Assembly (NCBI GenBank): GCA_007134735.1 | Contig: SLKG01000082.1 | Location: forward strand, 2,731-66,730 | Direction of reading: 5' to 3' | Source: Kiritimatiellia bacterium | GTDB lineage: Bacteria; Verrucomicrobiota; Kiritimatiellia; SLAD01 | Length of the DNA stretch: 64,000 nucleotides | The notes under the pieces: generated by a model | What the model was told of the DNA's origin: nothing | What the model saw: only the letters and a program-made list of their open reading frames with translations | Database searches by the model: none | Shown here: piece after piece, positions 27,913 through 37,120 of the stretch | Layout of the letters: every line of letters starts with the position of its first letter | Numbering within the stretch: the stretch's first letter is position 1 | Made by a program: the position numbers and the translations under genes

Positions 27913-28881
27913 ATGAAGTTCTTAAGCGATTATCCCCAAAAAACTCAAGAGTTTCTCCCGCCCGGAAGCCGATGGCAACCTGCCGGATTAACCGATTTCA
28001 ACAAGACAGACCATCTTTTGTGGCAGGCGCTTGGTCGCGGGGGACAGGTACAGGTATGCGATGTTGCCGACCCGGCGGGATTCGTATCCACGGATCCGAG
28101 AATCGTACTGATTTCCCATGCTCCGGAATCACAGTTCATGGCCGCTACCCGCATCCTTCGGCAGGGGATCTCCCTGCCGGATTCCGTGTTCTGCCTCGCC
28201 TTGGAGGGAAAAGGCTTCCGGGGACAGAGAAACCGGACATGGGAAGCCCTGGCCGGAAATCTACATTTAACCGTTGTGTACCAGGCCGACATCCCCGCAC
28301 GAAACGCCGGCGCGGAGCTAACCATGCTACCCGCCGTGGCCGCTGCCGAAACCACCCGTACCGCCTTGGAGGGACAGGTACCGGAGGGACAGGTACCTGT
28401 CACCATCAAATGGATTAACGACATCCTTATTGACGGCCAGAAGGCGGCTGGCGTGCTGACATCCACACAGATTCGCGGGGATCGGATAACCGGGGTTGTG
28501 TTTGGGGTGGGTATAAATGTCGCGCAGGCGCCTTGTATCGACCCCACCCCGTTTGCACCCTCGGCCACGGCCATTTCCCGTCATGCCCCGTCGCGCGCCC
28601 ATCAATTACCCGATATTTTCCGGGATATAGCCGTCCGAATAGACCGGTATTACAGGAATCTTCAGACTGGCGGACCCTCGACTCTATTTGGGCGATATCG
28701 CAAATATACCGATATTGTGGGCCACCGCGTGTGTATCTGGCCTGAAAATATCTCGGATTGGAAGAAATCCGAGCCATTTGCCTCAGGCACGGTTACCGAA
28801 CTGAAACCTGATCTTTCACTCATATTGGATCACCACCCCGAACCCATCACAAAAGGGCGCCTCGCCTATGAGTCCGCTTGA
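27913..28881 (+). CDS. biotin--protein ligase-like protein (BPL/LPL catalytic domain)
   Basis: GKGFRGQRNRTW (cf. BirA GRGRRGRKW) and KWINDILIDGQKAAGVL (cf. KWPNDLYL.GKKLAGIL); N-terminal 50 aa uncertain; contains three in-frame copies of the GGGACAGGTAC 13-mer (GGQVQV, EGQVPEGQVP). Confidence 0.6.
   Translation: MKFLSDYPQKTQEFLPPGSRWQPAGLTDFNKTDHLLWQALGRGGQVQVCDVADPAGFVSTDPRIVLISHAPESQFMAATRILRQGISLPDSVFCLALEGKGFRGQRNRTWEALAGNLHLTVVYQADIPARNAGAELTMLPAVAAAETTRTALEGQVPEGQVPVTIKWINDILIDGQKAAGVLTSTQIRGDRITGVVFGVGINVAQAPCIDPTPFAPSATAISRHAPSRAHQLPDIFRDIAVRIDRYYRNLQTGGPSTLFGRYRKYTDIVGHRVCIWPENISDWKKSEPFASGTVTELKPDLSLILDHHPEPITKGRLAYESA
28039..28051. repeat. 13-mer GGGGGACAGGTAC copy inside BirA-like gene
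   Basis: Read in-frame as G-G-Q-V. Confidence 0.6.
28371..28398. repeat. two adjacent copies of GGGACAGGTACC inside BirA-like gene
   Basis: gagGGACAGGTACCggagGGACAGGTACCtgtc encoding EGQVPEGQVP. Confidence 0.7.
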
Positions 28882-28882
28882 A

Positions 28883-28893
28883 GGGACAGGTAC
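28883..28893. repeat. 13-mer copy GGGACAGGTAC 2 nt after BirA-like stop codon
   Basis: tgaagGGACAGGTACtgcc. Confidence 0.55.
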
Positions 28894-28930
28894 TGCCACA
28901 TACGTACCCGTTCCCTCGAATCCAACAAAA

Positions 28931-28971
28931 CCACAAATTCGTGGTTGACACTTAACTATATATGGTATAAT
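28931..28971 (+). promoter_or_regulatory. putative promoter and palindromic operator of the XRE-family regulator gene
   Basis: CCACAAATTCGTGG near-palindrome (28931-28944) abutting TTGACA (28945-28950), 15-nt spacer, extended -10 TGgTATAAT (28963-28971); gene start 28997. Confidence 0.4.
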
Positions 28972-28996
28972 TTCTACCACAGTTGGGTTTTTTTAT

Positions 28997-29389
28997 ATGA
29001 ATTTTCCGGAAATTATAAAGGGGCTACGGGTTAAGCGGGGGCTCACATTGCGCAAGTTTTGTTTAGGAAACGGGCTTGATCCAAGCAACTGGAGCAAGCT
29101 CGAGCGCGGTCTTCTGGCCCCGCCCCGGGATTCGGAGACATTGGATAAATGGGCGTTATTACTTGGCCTGGAAAGGGATACAGAGGAGTGGCAGGAGTTC
29201 ATGGATGCCGCAGATCTGGAGCGGGGACAGGTACCGCATGATCTTCTCGCCAGCCCGGATCTTCGGGACCGGATCATGTCTTTCCTTAAGGCCATCCGCG
29301 CGGAACAACAAGCGGGGCGGGAAATCCGCGACAGGGAACCTGTGCCCCGCTTTTATGCGCCCAGCTCCAATGACGACTTCATTGATTGA
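28997..29389 (+). CDS. XRE-family helix-turn-helix transcriptional regulator
   Basis: 130 aa; N-terminal HTH_3-like segment LRVKRGLTLRKFCLGNGLDPSNWSKLERG; contains one in-frame 13-mer copy (RGQVP). Confidence 0.6.
   Translation: MNFPEIIKGLRVKRGLTLRKFCLGNGLDPSNWSKLERGLLAPPRDSETLDKWALLLGLERDTEEWQEFMDAADLERGQVPHDLLASPDLRDRIMSFLKAIRAEQQAGREIRDREPVPRFYAPSSNDDFID
29223..29235. repeat. 13-mer GGGGACAGGTACC copy inside XRE regulator gene
   Basis: Read in-frame as G-Q-V-P. Confidence 0.6.
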
Positions 29390-29418
29390 CCCAGAATATG
29401 TTCTTCATGTCCGATTCA

Positions 29419-30627
29419 CTACACCGCTTTGAGAATGTTTAGCAACCCGGCGCGGAAAATATCGGACGGTGTGATCAATGAAACCGCGATATGCGGAGCG
29501 GGTGTAACGGCTTGCATATCGAAAAAATAGCCCGGTTGGACCAACACGCCCTCCTGTTTCAGAAAGCGCTCCGCCCATTCCTGGTCGTCTTGAGTGGCGG
29601 GCAGTTTCAGCAATAGAGTCCATCCCCCCTCGACATCCAGAACGGTTGCGGACGTATCGCGTGTTGCGTGCCGGGCGAATTGCGCATTGTCCATGCACCG
29701 TTCACGGATGCGGTCCTGCATGGCCGGTGCGGCCTTCAGCAAGGCGGGCAAGGCCTGTTGCGCGACGGTGGACGCATTGAGAAAGGTGTCGGAAATCAGT
29801 TCCGCGCGGGCCAAAGCCTCGTGACGCATGGCGTTCGGGCCGGAAATGACGGCCCAGGAGAGTTTAATCTGCGGGAGTGCGGCGGCCTTGGACAATCCGG
29901 ACAGCAGGAAGGACAGCATAGGGGGTTCGCCGGCTGTGTTGCCCGCATGTTCGGGATCCCGGCGAAGCACAAAATCGGAAAATACTTCATCGACAATCAG
30001 CGCCCAACCATTCTCAACACATACCCGTTCCATGCGTTTTATGTCGTCATATTTCAGACAATGTCCGGTTGGATTACCCGGTGACACGGCGATCAAGGCG
30101 CGGATTTTCCGCGCCGCTTCGCGGTTTTGTTCAACGGTATCAAAATCGATTCTCCATTGATCGTCATAGACCAGGTTGTATGTCTCAAGACGCACCCCGC
30201 ACAGTTCGGCTAAATAGGAGAAAAGGGGGTAGCCCGGTTGCGGCACCAGTACCGTGTCGCCTGGATCACACAACAACCAAAGTATTTGCGCATATAACTC
30301 GCTTGTCCCCGCCCCGATCCAGATATGATCCGGCGCAATACGTATCCCCCGTCCGGCATAATATGCGGCTACGGCGGCCCGCGCTTCGGGCAAGCCCAAC
30401 GGGCCGGGATCGTAACAAGCGGCGTTAGGTGTGATGAGCGAAGCATAGACCTCGGGTCCGTGAGTGAAACCGACCTGCGCGGGATTCGAACAGGTCAAAT
30501 CCATGAGCGTTCGCCCGGACCTCCCGAATTCGCCTCGCAACGCTGCAAGGTTGTTGATCTTTCGTTCCCAGGCTGTCCGTTTGGAAAACATGTTCCGAGT
30601 GTAACCGATAGGCCGGAATACATCCAC
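29419..30627 (-). CDS. class I/II PLP-dependent aminotransferase
   Basis: 402 aa; aminotransferase fold-type I features (N-terminal FSKR.., PLP-lysine region SGLSKAAALPQIKLSW); alternative ATG at 30591. Confidence 0.8.
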   Translation of the reverse strand: MDVFRPIGYTRNMFSKRTAWERKINNLAALRGEFGRSGRTLMDLTCSNPAQVGFTHGPEVYASLITPNAACYDPGPLGLPEARAAVAAYYAGRGIRIAPDHIWIGAGTSELYAQILWLLCDPGDTVLVPQPGYPLFSYLAELCGVRLETYNLVYDDQWRIDFDTVEQNREAARKIRALIAVSPGNPTGHCLKYDDIKRMERVCVENGWALIVDEVFSDFVLRRDPEHAGNTAGEPPMLSFLLSGLSKAAALPQIKLSWAVISGPNAMRHEALARAELISDTFLNASTVAQQALPALLKAAPAMQDRIRERCMDNAQFARHATRDTSATVLDVEGGWTLLLKLPATQDDQEWAERFLKQEGVLVQPGYFFDMQAVTPAPHIAVSLITPSDIFRAGLLNILKAV

Positions 30628-30667
30628 TGCGGGGAAGCGTCCGAGGTCACGCGGGAGTCTGCTTCAC

Positions 30668-30691
30668 GGCTCGGCGGGAGCCTCGCCCTCC
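30668..30691. repeat. half copy of REP-like family 1 element (CGGCTCGGCGGGAGCCTCGCCCTCC)
   Basis: Downstream of GH57 giant gene / upstream of aminotransferase. Confidence 0.5.
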
Positions 30692-30726
30692 ATGCAAATA
30701 AAGCGGTTATTGCCCTATTCTCGCGC

Positions 30727-33700
30727 TCATTCCATGTCATGGAAACGCACACGATAGAAACGGCGCGGGGCGTCGCCGTTATCCATAATGTCCTCGCCGA
30801 CGGAGATTATGTGCAGATTCGACCATACCGGATGCATCAAGTCGTCCTTGTATTGCACCTCATACACACGGCCCGTAGGCGCTTCAAAGGTGAATTTCCT
30901 GTCGCCGTTCATGAGCATCCGGAACGGGGGAATCGTATCGTCATCCGGATCCAGGTTCATGAAGTAGGAATCGCGATACGTGTATCCGTTTGGCGCCATG
31001 GTCTGTCCCACGTCCGGGTCCGTGTGATCCAGACCGTGCCCGATATAGAAGGAATCCGGCACCCCGTCGTCGTTGCTGTCGGGATCGTCATCCGTCTCGC
31101 GCGTGATCGTTACCGTCACACTCGTCCATACCCCTTCACCCGTGCCCGGCTTCACGATGGACAGGTTGTTGAAATATAGATTTCTTTCGTCGTCCGAACC
31201 GGGGGCATTGCCCGTATAGAGCCGGAAACCACCGAGTTCCTCACCCGTGACGGTGGTGCTCCACGTGTCCGACCATGCCTCGCCCGCACTTGAGCCGCTT
31301 ACCAGAATATCCAAATCTCCCCCGTCCTGCGTGATCTGGAAGTTCAGCACCATGTCGGAATAATAGTCAAAAGGCGATCCTCCATAACCGTCCCCGGTGA
31401 TGTCGAAGTTCCAGATTTCATTCTCATTCGCGAACCCGTCAGGATCAAAGAGGCTCACTCCACGAGCGCCTTCACGCCATTGTACGGCCAGGCTGATGGA
31501 AAACGTGTGCCCATCGCCCCACTCCGTTATACTGCGTTGGGCGTTGGCCCACTGTCCGGAATGCCCAAACAGGCCAAAGGCCACGCCGACCGAATTAATA
31601 TCTCCATGTCCATCCGCCGTGCTGTCACCGATAAAGAAACCGGAATCCGCTCCGTCATCCCACATGTTCCACGCACCGAAGCCGGATCCCTGATTGGCGT
31701 CGGTTTCCCATGCGGGGGGATCGTAGTTATCCGCCCGGTCTTCGCCCACAACTTCTTCCCCGCTGCCCGGAATTTCGCCGGATACGGTAATAACGTTCTG
31801 GCCCACATCCAATGCGATCTCCGGAATGCTCCACGGCGTCGCGACCGGGAGGCTGCCCGACGCCCCGGTCAGGGCGTTGGTCCAGTACAGGTCGCCCTCG
31901 ACATCCTCGGCGATGCCCTGCAGCGTGTAGTTGTCCACTGCGTGCCCCACCACGATATCCGACGGCGGATTCGTGATGACCAGTCCGCTGGGGGGTGGGG
32001 GTTCGTCTTCACAATTTGTCACAGTTACATTCCAGTTGTTTCCGTCGTTGTTGTCCCAACCCTCCGCGCCGTCGTTGAACACAAAGTTGATTTCCTCGGT
32101 TCCCGGCGGGGGGTGGTATGTATACGACCAAACTCCTCCGTCCAGCGTCATGGCCGGGTCAGGAGATAAGACATCCTGCCAATCGTTGCGGCCCACATGG
32201 ATGTACACCTGGGCGGCGCCCGAGATCGGGCGGCCTGACGGATCATAGTAGATGGTGATCGGGTCGCATCCATCCGGGGCCGGCGGATCGGTCCAGACGG
32301 GGCCGTCCGGCGCGCTACAGTCGCGTAGCGTTGTGGACCAGTTGTTGTCGTTGTTGCTGTCCACGATCGACCCGTCCGTGTTTTCAAACCAGACGATCGC
32401 GCTCGGCGCGCCTTCGGGGGGCATGACCGTATAGGACCAGACATTGGCAACCGTCTGCGTCATTTCATACCTAGTCCATGTAATATCCTCGTCAAAACTG
32501 ATCTGCATGAATGCCGGATCAATTCCCTCCAGATCCCCTCCCGTTGCGGAGTAGGTGATGGTCAACGGGGAGCAATCGTTGGGGTCGGGAGAGAAATTGA
32601 CGGTCGGCACGGTTACGCCCTCGCCGTCGTCTTCGACATAGACATGCTGAATGTCCGTCCGGTTGGTATTGCCGCGGGTATCCACGGCTTCGACATAGTA
32701 ATCAAAGAGATTATCGCGGAAGTTCGGCAGGACGGAATCATCAATCCGGACGTAGTACTGATCGGCAATCTGTGGATCAGACCAAAACGCCGGGTCCATC
32801 GGCCAATAGTCAATCTGAGGATTATTAGCGCGCGCATTCAGTTCCGCCCTTGTGCTGGGCAGTACGCGCCTTGTCATCGGGATCCGCACCCAGTCCTCCA
32901 CAGTCGGGCCGCCGGCATAGGTTTCGTTGTCCGTATTGTCCAATGACCGATAACCCGTCTTGGAGCGACGGATCATCAGGTCCGCGCTTTCGATGCCCGA
33001 AATATCGTAGGCCAACGTCCAGATATAGAATTCGGAGGGCATTTGCTTGAGGTAATTGCCGTTTTCGGGTGTCGGATTGAACCAGCCGAAGGTGTAGCCG
33101 CCCGGATTATACGGGAAGCGCTGCGGCACCAGCACGGTCGGAGGCGTACGATCCTCTTCAATGCGCGGTATGACATAACCCTCAAGAGTTTGAACCGTGC
33201 GCTTGGCGGCCAGCGGGGGTTTGACTTCATCGTCGTTCCCCAATCCCCCATAGTATTGGAACCCGGAATCAAGACCGGTCAGGTAGATGTGCCAGCCCAA
33301 CTCCGCCACGTTGGGCGCCCCATCACCCCAGTTCCCCTGCCCGTCCCAGTCGTTCGGATCTTGAATCACCCACGGGCGGACTACGCCGCCGTCATCCACC
33401 CATATCTGTTCGGCGGTCTCCACCCAGTTCGCGCCCGCCATTTTCGGCGCATATGCGAAGAATTTCAGCGCCCACCCATTCTCAATGTCCACTTGCGTGT
33501 TCGGATACATCGTCGGACTGCCCGGCTCGCCGACCGGCGGCTCAATCCATTTCAGGAAGTACGGCGATCCGTAGCACATCTCCGGGAAGATCCAGGCGCC
33601 GTCTTCAATATGCGAAAGCGGCGCGTTGCCGCCGTGTGCATTGACAAAGTCCTGGATCGCGGTGATTTGATAGCCGGAATTCTCCGCATCGCCAAACATT

Positions 33701-34848
33701 TGCGGTGTCGCATTTATCCAGGAATCAAACCCGCCGCCCCATGCATTGTCGCCGTCGGAGGACGGCATCACGATGACAGGCCGACCGGGGTCATTGGCGT
33801 GCGGGGAAATTTGACTGTGAATATGGCCTATGCCCGCATTGGCATAACCGTATTCGTAACTCAGTACATCATCCGACGGGACGGCGATGATGCTGTATTC
33901 TTGTCCGGTTTCGGGATTGACGTGTCGTACGCGATGCAACTGATAGGCGTACGGCGCCACGTTCCATGCTCCCATGCCGGGATTCGGTTCTCCGTACCAC
34001 CACTGGTCCGCATTATTGAATTCCGGGCCGATCTGATCGGCGCGATTCGGCGGGCTGGAGGCAATCCCAAAACTGTCGGGATTGACGAAGTTGTTATAGG
34101 AAGGACTGGTGCGGCTCAAATGGTGACTGGCCACGATGACCCACTCGTATCCCTCTTCGACCAACACATCAATAATACGTGAGGAGAAGGCCATTTCCGT
34201 CGGGAAAAATCCCTTGGAGTGATCGCTCAGATCCATATTGCCGCCCCACGCTTTCCACCAAGCCTGTTTGAATAGCTGGATCTCCTTGCGCAAGACCGAG
34301 CGCGGAAGCAATGGGGTCAGCGAGTGATGATAGGAAAAGCCCACGAGATCCAGGCGCGGGCTACCGGAAGGCGTGGTCCAACCGCGCGCCTGGGTGTTGC
34401 CGGAATTCCAGTCTCCGCTGTACCAGGCACCGTTGGCCGCCAGGTTACGGATATTGTCAATCAGCGAACCGGTATAGCTCATGGCAAAGCCGCCGGCCTC
34501 TCCGATATTCTGCAATGCATCCCGCGGACGGCCCTGATAGGCCGCAATACGATCATCCAGGCTGAAAATCTGGACGAGGTCATTATCCGGATGGCCGCCA
34601 CTATAGGATGTGAGGCCGCCATACGTTTGCCCCGGCTTCCGCTGTATGGAATCGTGGGCATATTGGACACGCAGATACGGACCGGCGCCATCTTCCCAGT
34701 CCGGCCAGTAGATCGGCTGGTGGTTATGCCAGAACCGGGTTACGTGGACATTGCTGTTTGCCGCTGAAATCAAGGGAAAAAAGAGAAACAGGCCTATCAG
34801 AAAGAGTCGGCCCGGCAGGGACGGGAAGCAGAGGGATATCCTTTTCAT
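30727..34848 (-). CDS. giant secreted GH57-family glycoside hydrolase (1373 aa) with long C-terminal beta-rich extension
   Basis: Signal peptide; GH57 signatures FWHNHQPIYWP, FSYHHSLTPLLP, nucleophile-region GFFPTEMAF (cf. WLTERVW) and acid/base-region VMPSSDGDNAWGGG (cf. HDDGEKFG); C-terminal ~70 aa homologous to tail of the 986-aa acidic protein. Confidence 0.75.
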   Translation of the reverse strand: MKRISLCFPSLPGRLFLIGLFLFFPLISAANSNVHVTRFWHNHQPIYWPDWEDGAGPYLRVQYAHDSIQRKPGQTYGGLTSYSGGHPDNDLVQIFSLDDRIAAYQGRPRDALQNIGEAGGFAMSYTGSLIDNIRNLAANGAWYSGDWNSGNTQARGWTTPSGSPRLDLVGFSYHHSLTPLLPRSVLRKEIQLFKQAWWKAWGGNMDLSDHSKGFFPTEMAFSSRIIDVLVEEGYEWVIVASHHLSRTSPSYNNFVNPDSFGIASSPPNRADQIGPEFNNADQWWYGEPNPGMGAWNVAPYAYQLHRVRHVNPETGQEYSIIAVPSDDVLSYEYGYANAGIGHIHSQISPHANDPGRPVIVMPSSDGDNAWGGGFDSWINATPQMFGDAENSGYQITAIQDFVNAHGGNAPLSHIEDGAWIFPEMCYGSPYFLKWIEPPVGEPGSPTMYPNTQVDIENGWALKFFAYAPKMAGANWVETAEQIWVDDGGVVRPWVIQDPNDWDGQGNWGDGAPNVAELGWHIYLTGLDSGFQYYGGLGNDDEVKPPLAAKRTVQTLEGYVIPRIEEDRTPPTVLVPQRFPYNPGGYTFGWFNPTPENGNYLKQMPSEFYIWTLAYDISGIESADLMIRRSKTGYRSLDNTDNETYAGGPTVEDWVRIPMTRRVLPSTRAELNARANNPQIDYWPMDPAFWSDPQIADQYYVRIDDSVLPNFRDNLFDYYVEAVDTRGNTNRTDIQHVYVEDDGEGVTVPTVNFSPDPNDCSPLTITYSATGGDLEGIDPAFMQISFDEDITWTRYEMTQTVANVWSYTVMPPEGAPSAIVWFENTDGSIVDSNNDNNWSTTLRDCSAPDGPVWTDPPAPDGCDPITIYYDPSGRPISGAAQVYIHVGRNDWQDVLSPDPAMTLDGGVWSYTYHPPPGTEEINFVFNDGAEGWDNNDGNNWNVTVTNCEDEPPPPSGLVITNPPSDIVVGHAVDNYTLQGIAEDVEGDLYWTNALTGASGSLPVATPWSIPEIALDVGQNVITVSGEIPGSGEEVVGEDRADNYDPPAWETDANQGSGFGAWNMWDDGADSGFFIGDSTADGHGDINSVGVAFGLFGHSGQWANAQRSITEWGDGHTFSISLAVQWREGARGVSLFDPDGFANENEIWNFDITGDGYGGSPFDYYSDMVLNFQITQDGGDLDILVSGSSAGEAWSDTWSTTVTGEELGGFRLYTGNAPGSDDERNLYFNNLSIVKPGTGEGVWTSVTVTITRETDDDPDSNDDGVPDSFYIGHGLDHTDPDVGQTMAPNGYTYRDSYFMNLDPDDDTIPPFRMLMNGDRKFTFEAPTGRVYEVQYKDDLMHPVWSNLHIISVGEDIMDNGDAPRRFYRVRFHDME

Positions 34849-34966
34849 ATTCTAATCTTTCATAGGTTTTGACACCATAGAATACACGGCACCCGAAACA
34901 AGGTAAAGCGTTTTTTCTCTATATTTTATTCGTTTTTCTTCTTATTCCTCACCGGAATAAACATTA

Positions 34967-35080
34967 TGGGGACAGGTACACTGGCCCACTGGCCGGGCGA
35001 TGGGGACAGGTACCCGGGTGGGTTATCCGGGGGACAGGTACCCGGCCGGCCGTTATGGGTTCCGGGGCGGGGACAGGTAC
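34967..35080. repeat. four tandem copies of 13-mer GGGGACAGGTACC plus one degenerate copy
   Basis: Copies at 34967, 35002, 35030, 35069 (spacing 35/28/39 bp), degenerate GGGGCAGGCTATCC at 35089; between divergent GH57 giant and PUR-like genes. Confidence 0.75.
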
Positions 35081-35217
35081 ACATTTTAGGGGCAGGCTAT
35101 CCGAAACTTGACAGGCGGTGTATTTATACGACGTTAGCGAGGAGAGTGCAACGAGCGCGGCATGCGTACCGGTTCGGGTGACGTGGGCATGATTACCATA
35201 TAGGGAGGTGGGGGTAG

Positions 35218-35436
35218 ATGGACAAGGAACTGGCAAGTGAAAAGATTCAGGTTGAACGCAAACAGTTTTTCTTTGATCTGAAAGAAAACCCGCGTGGGCG
35301 GTTTCTTCGAATTACGGAAGATGTTGGAGGGCGGCGGGATGCCATCATCATTCCTGCTCCGGGACTGAAGTTATTTCGGGATTCGCTGGACCGCGTAATT
35401 GCGGCCAACACAAACGGGGACGAAGACAGCGCGTAA
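35218..35436 (+). CDS. bacterial PUR-alpha-like nucleic-acid-binding protein (DUF3276 family)
   Basis: 72 aa; KIQVERKQFFFDLKENPRGRFLRITE...GGRRDAIIIPAPGL matches PUR repeat pattern; strong GGGAGGTG RBS. Confidence 0.55.
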   Translation: MDKELASEKIQVERKQFFFDLKENPRGRFLRITEDVGGRRDAIIIPAPGLKLFRDSLDRVIAANTNGDEDSA

Positions 35437-35440
35437 CGGT

Positions 35441-37000
35441 TCAGTTCCCCAGCAATATCCCAAGGGATAAGTCATTCAGGATTCCGTGACCTGTTTCAGG
35501 GTTCCATTCCGTTTGCGTGGTTTGCGCAACGGCTTTCTTTAAATCGTTCAGGGCTTGTTCGATAGAGGCTCCCGGGTTTTGCATGAAGTATAAGCCAAGC
35601 GCCCTTGTTACATACGCGCTGGAGATTGAAGTGCCCGCGTATTGACCGGGCGGCCCTTGGTGCCCCACCGAAAACTGCGCCACTCCGGGGGCGGCCAAGT
35701 AAATATGTGCCCCCCGATTGGATTGCGCCCAGGGGGTCCCGTCCGGGTTGGTTGCGCCGATACCGATTACGCCGGGATACGCGGCGGGATACATGGGCTG
35801 TTCGACCCCGTCGTTTCCGGCCGCGGCCACGGGCAACACCTCATTCGCGCGCGCATAGCTCAGCGTATCCGCGAGAAACCGGCTTCGGGTTTCCGACCCC
35901 CAACTTAAATTGATGACGCGCGAACCCTGTTCGATGGCATACACAATACTGCGCATGAGGTGATAATTAGACGTGGCTCCGCGGTCATCAAATATACGAA
36001 CGGCCACAATAGGCAATCCTTGAACTTCTTCCGTCTCGAACCCACCGAACGGCAAAACTGCGCCCGCGGCAATCAGCGCCATTTGTGTTCCGTGCCCGGC
36101 CGGATCCGTCAATGCGCGCCCGGGATCCAACGCATCCAACCCGCCCGCAATCAAGCCTGCGAGTTCCGGCCGAGCGGTCAAACCGGAATCCAATATGGCT
36201 ACCGGACCGACGCCTTCGACCGGAGCCGGCATGCGCCGCGTCTCGGATGCCGCGGGGCTTCCAGGCCGGAAGACATGCGGCGCCGGATCCGGCGCCCTGT
36301 ATACATAATTGGGCTCGGCAACGGCAACCAGCGGATTTCGACCGAGCTGTTCAACCACATCCGGGATATTCGCGCCGGCCGGGAGCCGAATGCGATAGAT
36401 ACCCAATTCCGGAATCCCGCCCAGCACCGTACCCCCCAGTTGGGACAGAAGGCGTTTCAGATCTTCCAGGCTCGCGTCCGGAGAAAAGCCGATCAGGATC
36501 TCGTCCGGTACATACAGGGGTCCTATTCCGTCCGGCCAACGGGCGATCCGCACGTTTCCATCGGCAGGGCCGACATGGCGGACCTTGCCCTGCCGGCCGG
36601 GTTTAAACACATGAAGTTCGGAAAGTTTTGGATAGGCTCCCAGCGGCCCGTTCAATACGTCCCATATCAGTACGTATCCCAAAGGATCCAACAGGATATC
36701 GAGTGCCTGTTCGATATTCGCGTTCTGTACGGTTCCGTTTACCATTCCCGATAATTCCGGATCCGCCTTCACCCGCACCCCGGCCCGAACAAACGATTCG
36801 AGGACGTTCCGTACGGACGCCCCATCGGCATTCAGCCAAAGCCGATCACCGTCGAGCCGAAGCTCCACGGCTGTTTCCCCATACAGCGGCCCGGTCCAGA
36901 GAGAAACCAGGCACAGAACCAGCGCGCAGATTCCCACCGGACATGACCCGCCCGGCTGGGCGCGCAACCCGAAAAAAGAACTCCAACCGCTTTGTTTCAT
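35441..37000 (-). CDS. secreted subtilisin-like S8 serine protease with N-terminal secretin-N/STN-like domain
   Basis: Catalytic triad motifs AILDSG (Asp), GHGTQMA (His), GTSISSAYVT (Ser); signal peptide; residues ~45-115 resemble Secretin_N/STN beta-alpha domain (VRNVLESFVRAGVRV...IEQALDILLDPLGYVL). Confidence 0.85.
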   Translation of the reverse strand: MKQSGWSSFFGLRAQPGGSCPVGICALVLCLVSLWTGPLYGETAVELRLDGDRLWLNADGASVRNVLESFVRAGVRVKADPELSGMVNGTVQNANIEQALDILLDPLGYVLIWDVLNGPLGAYPKLSELHVFKPGRQGKVRHVGPADGNVRIARWPDGIGPLYVPDEILIGFSPDASLEDLKRLLSQLGGTVLGGIPELGIYRIRLPAGANIPDVVEQLGRNPLVAVAEPNYVYRAPDPAPHVFRPGSPAASETRRMPAPVEGVGPVAILDSGLTARPELAGLIAGGLDALDPGRALTDPAGHGTQMALIAAGAVLPFGGFETEEVQGLPIVAVRIFDDRGATSNYHLMRSIVYAIEQGSRVINLSWGSETRSRFLADTLSYARANEVLPVAAAGNDGVEQPMYPAAYPGVIGIGATNPDGTPWAQSNRGAHIYLAAPGVAQFSVGHQGPPGQYAGTSISSAYVTRALGLYFMQNPGASIEQALNDLKKAVAQTTQTEWNPETGHGILNDLSLGILLGN

Positions 37001-37120
37001 TCCGTAAACCTACAGCGGAACAATTCTCGCTTCAACGGGTTTGACGCAGATTGATACCGAAGGTAAACTGGGGCATAGATTCCAGTAGTATTTGTATCCT
37101 TTTTTTCATTCAGGCGACTG

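Noticed and set aside
30325-34182. Several 100-380-aa plus-strand ORFs (30325-31179, 31480-32169, 33043-34182)
   Set aside because: All are antisense to the GH57 giant, whose coding frame shows conserved catalytic motifs.
34961-35100. Possible CRISPR array (repeated GGGGACAGGTACC units)
   Set aside because: The repeat is only 13 bp and the spacers are irregular (8-26 bp). No cas genes were found and the motif also occurs in-frame inside genes. I treat it as an iteron or transcription-factor-site cluster, not CRISPR.
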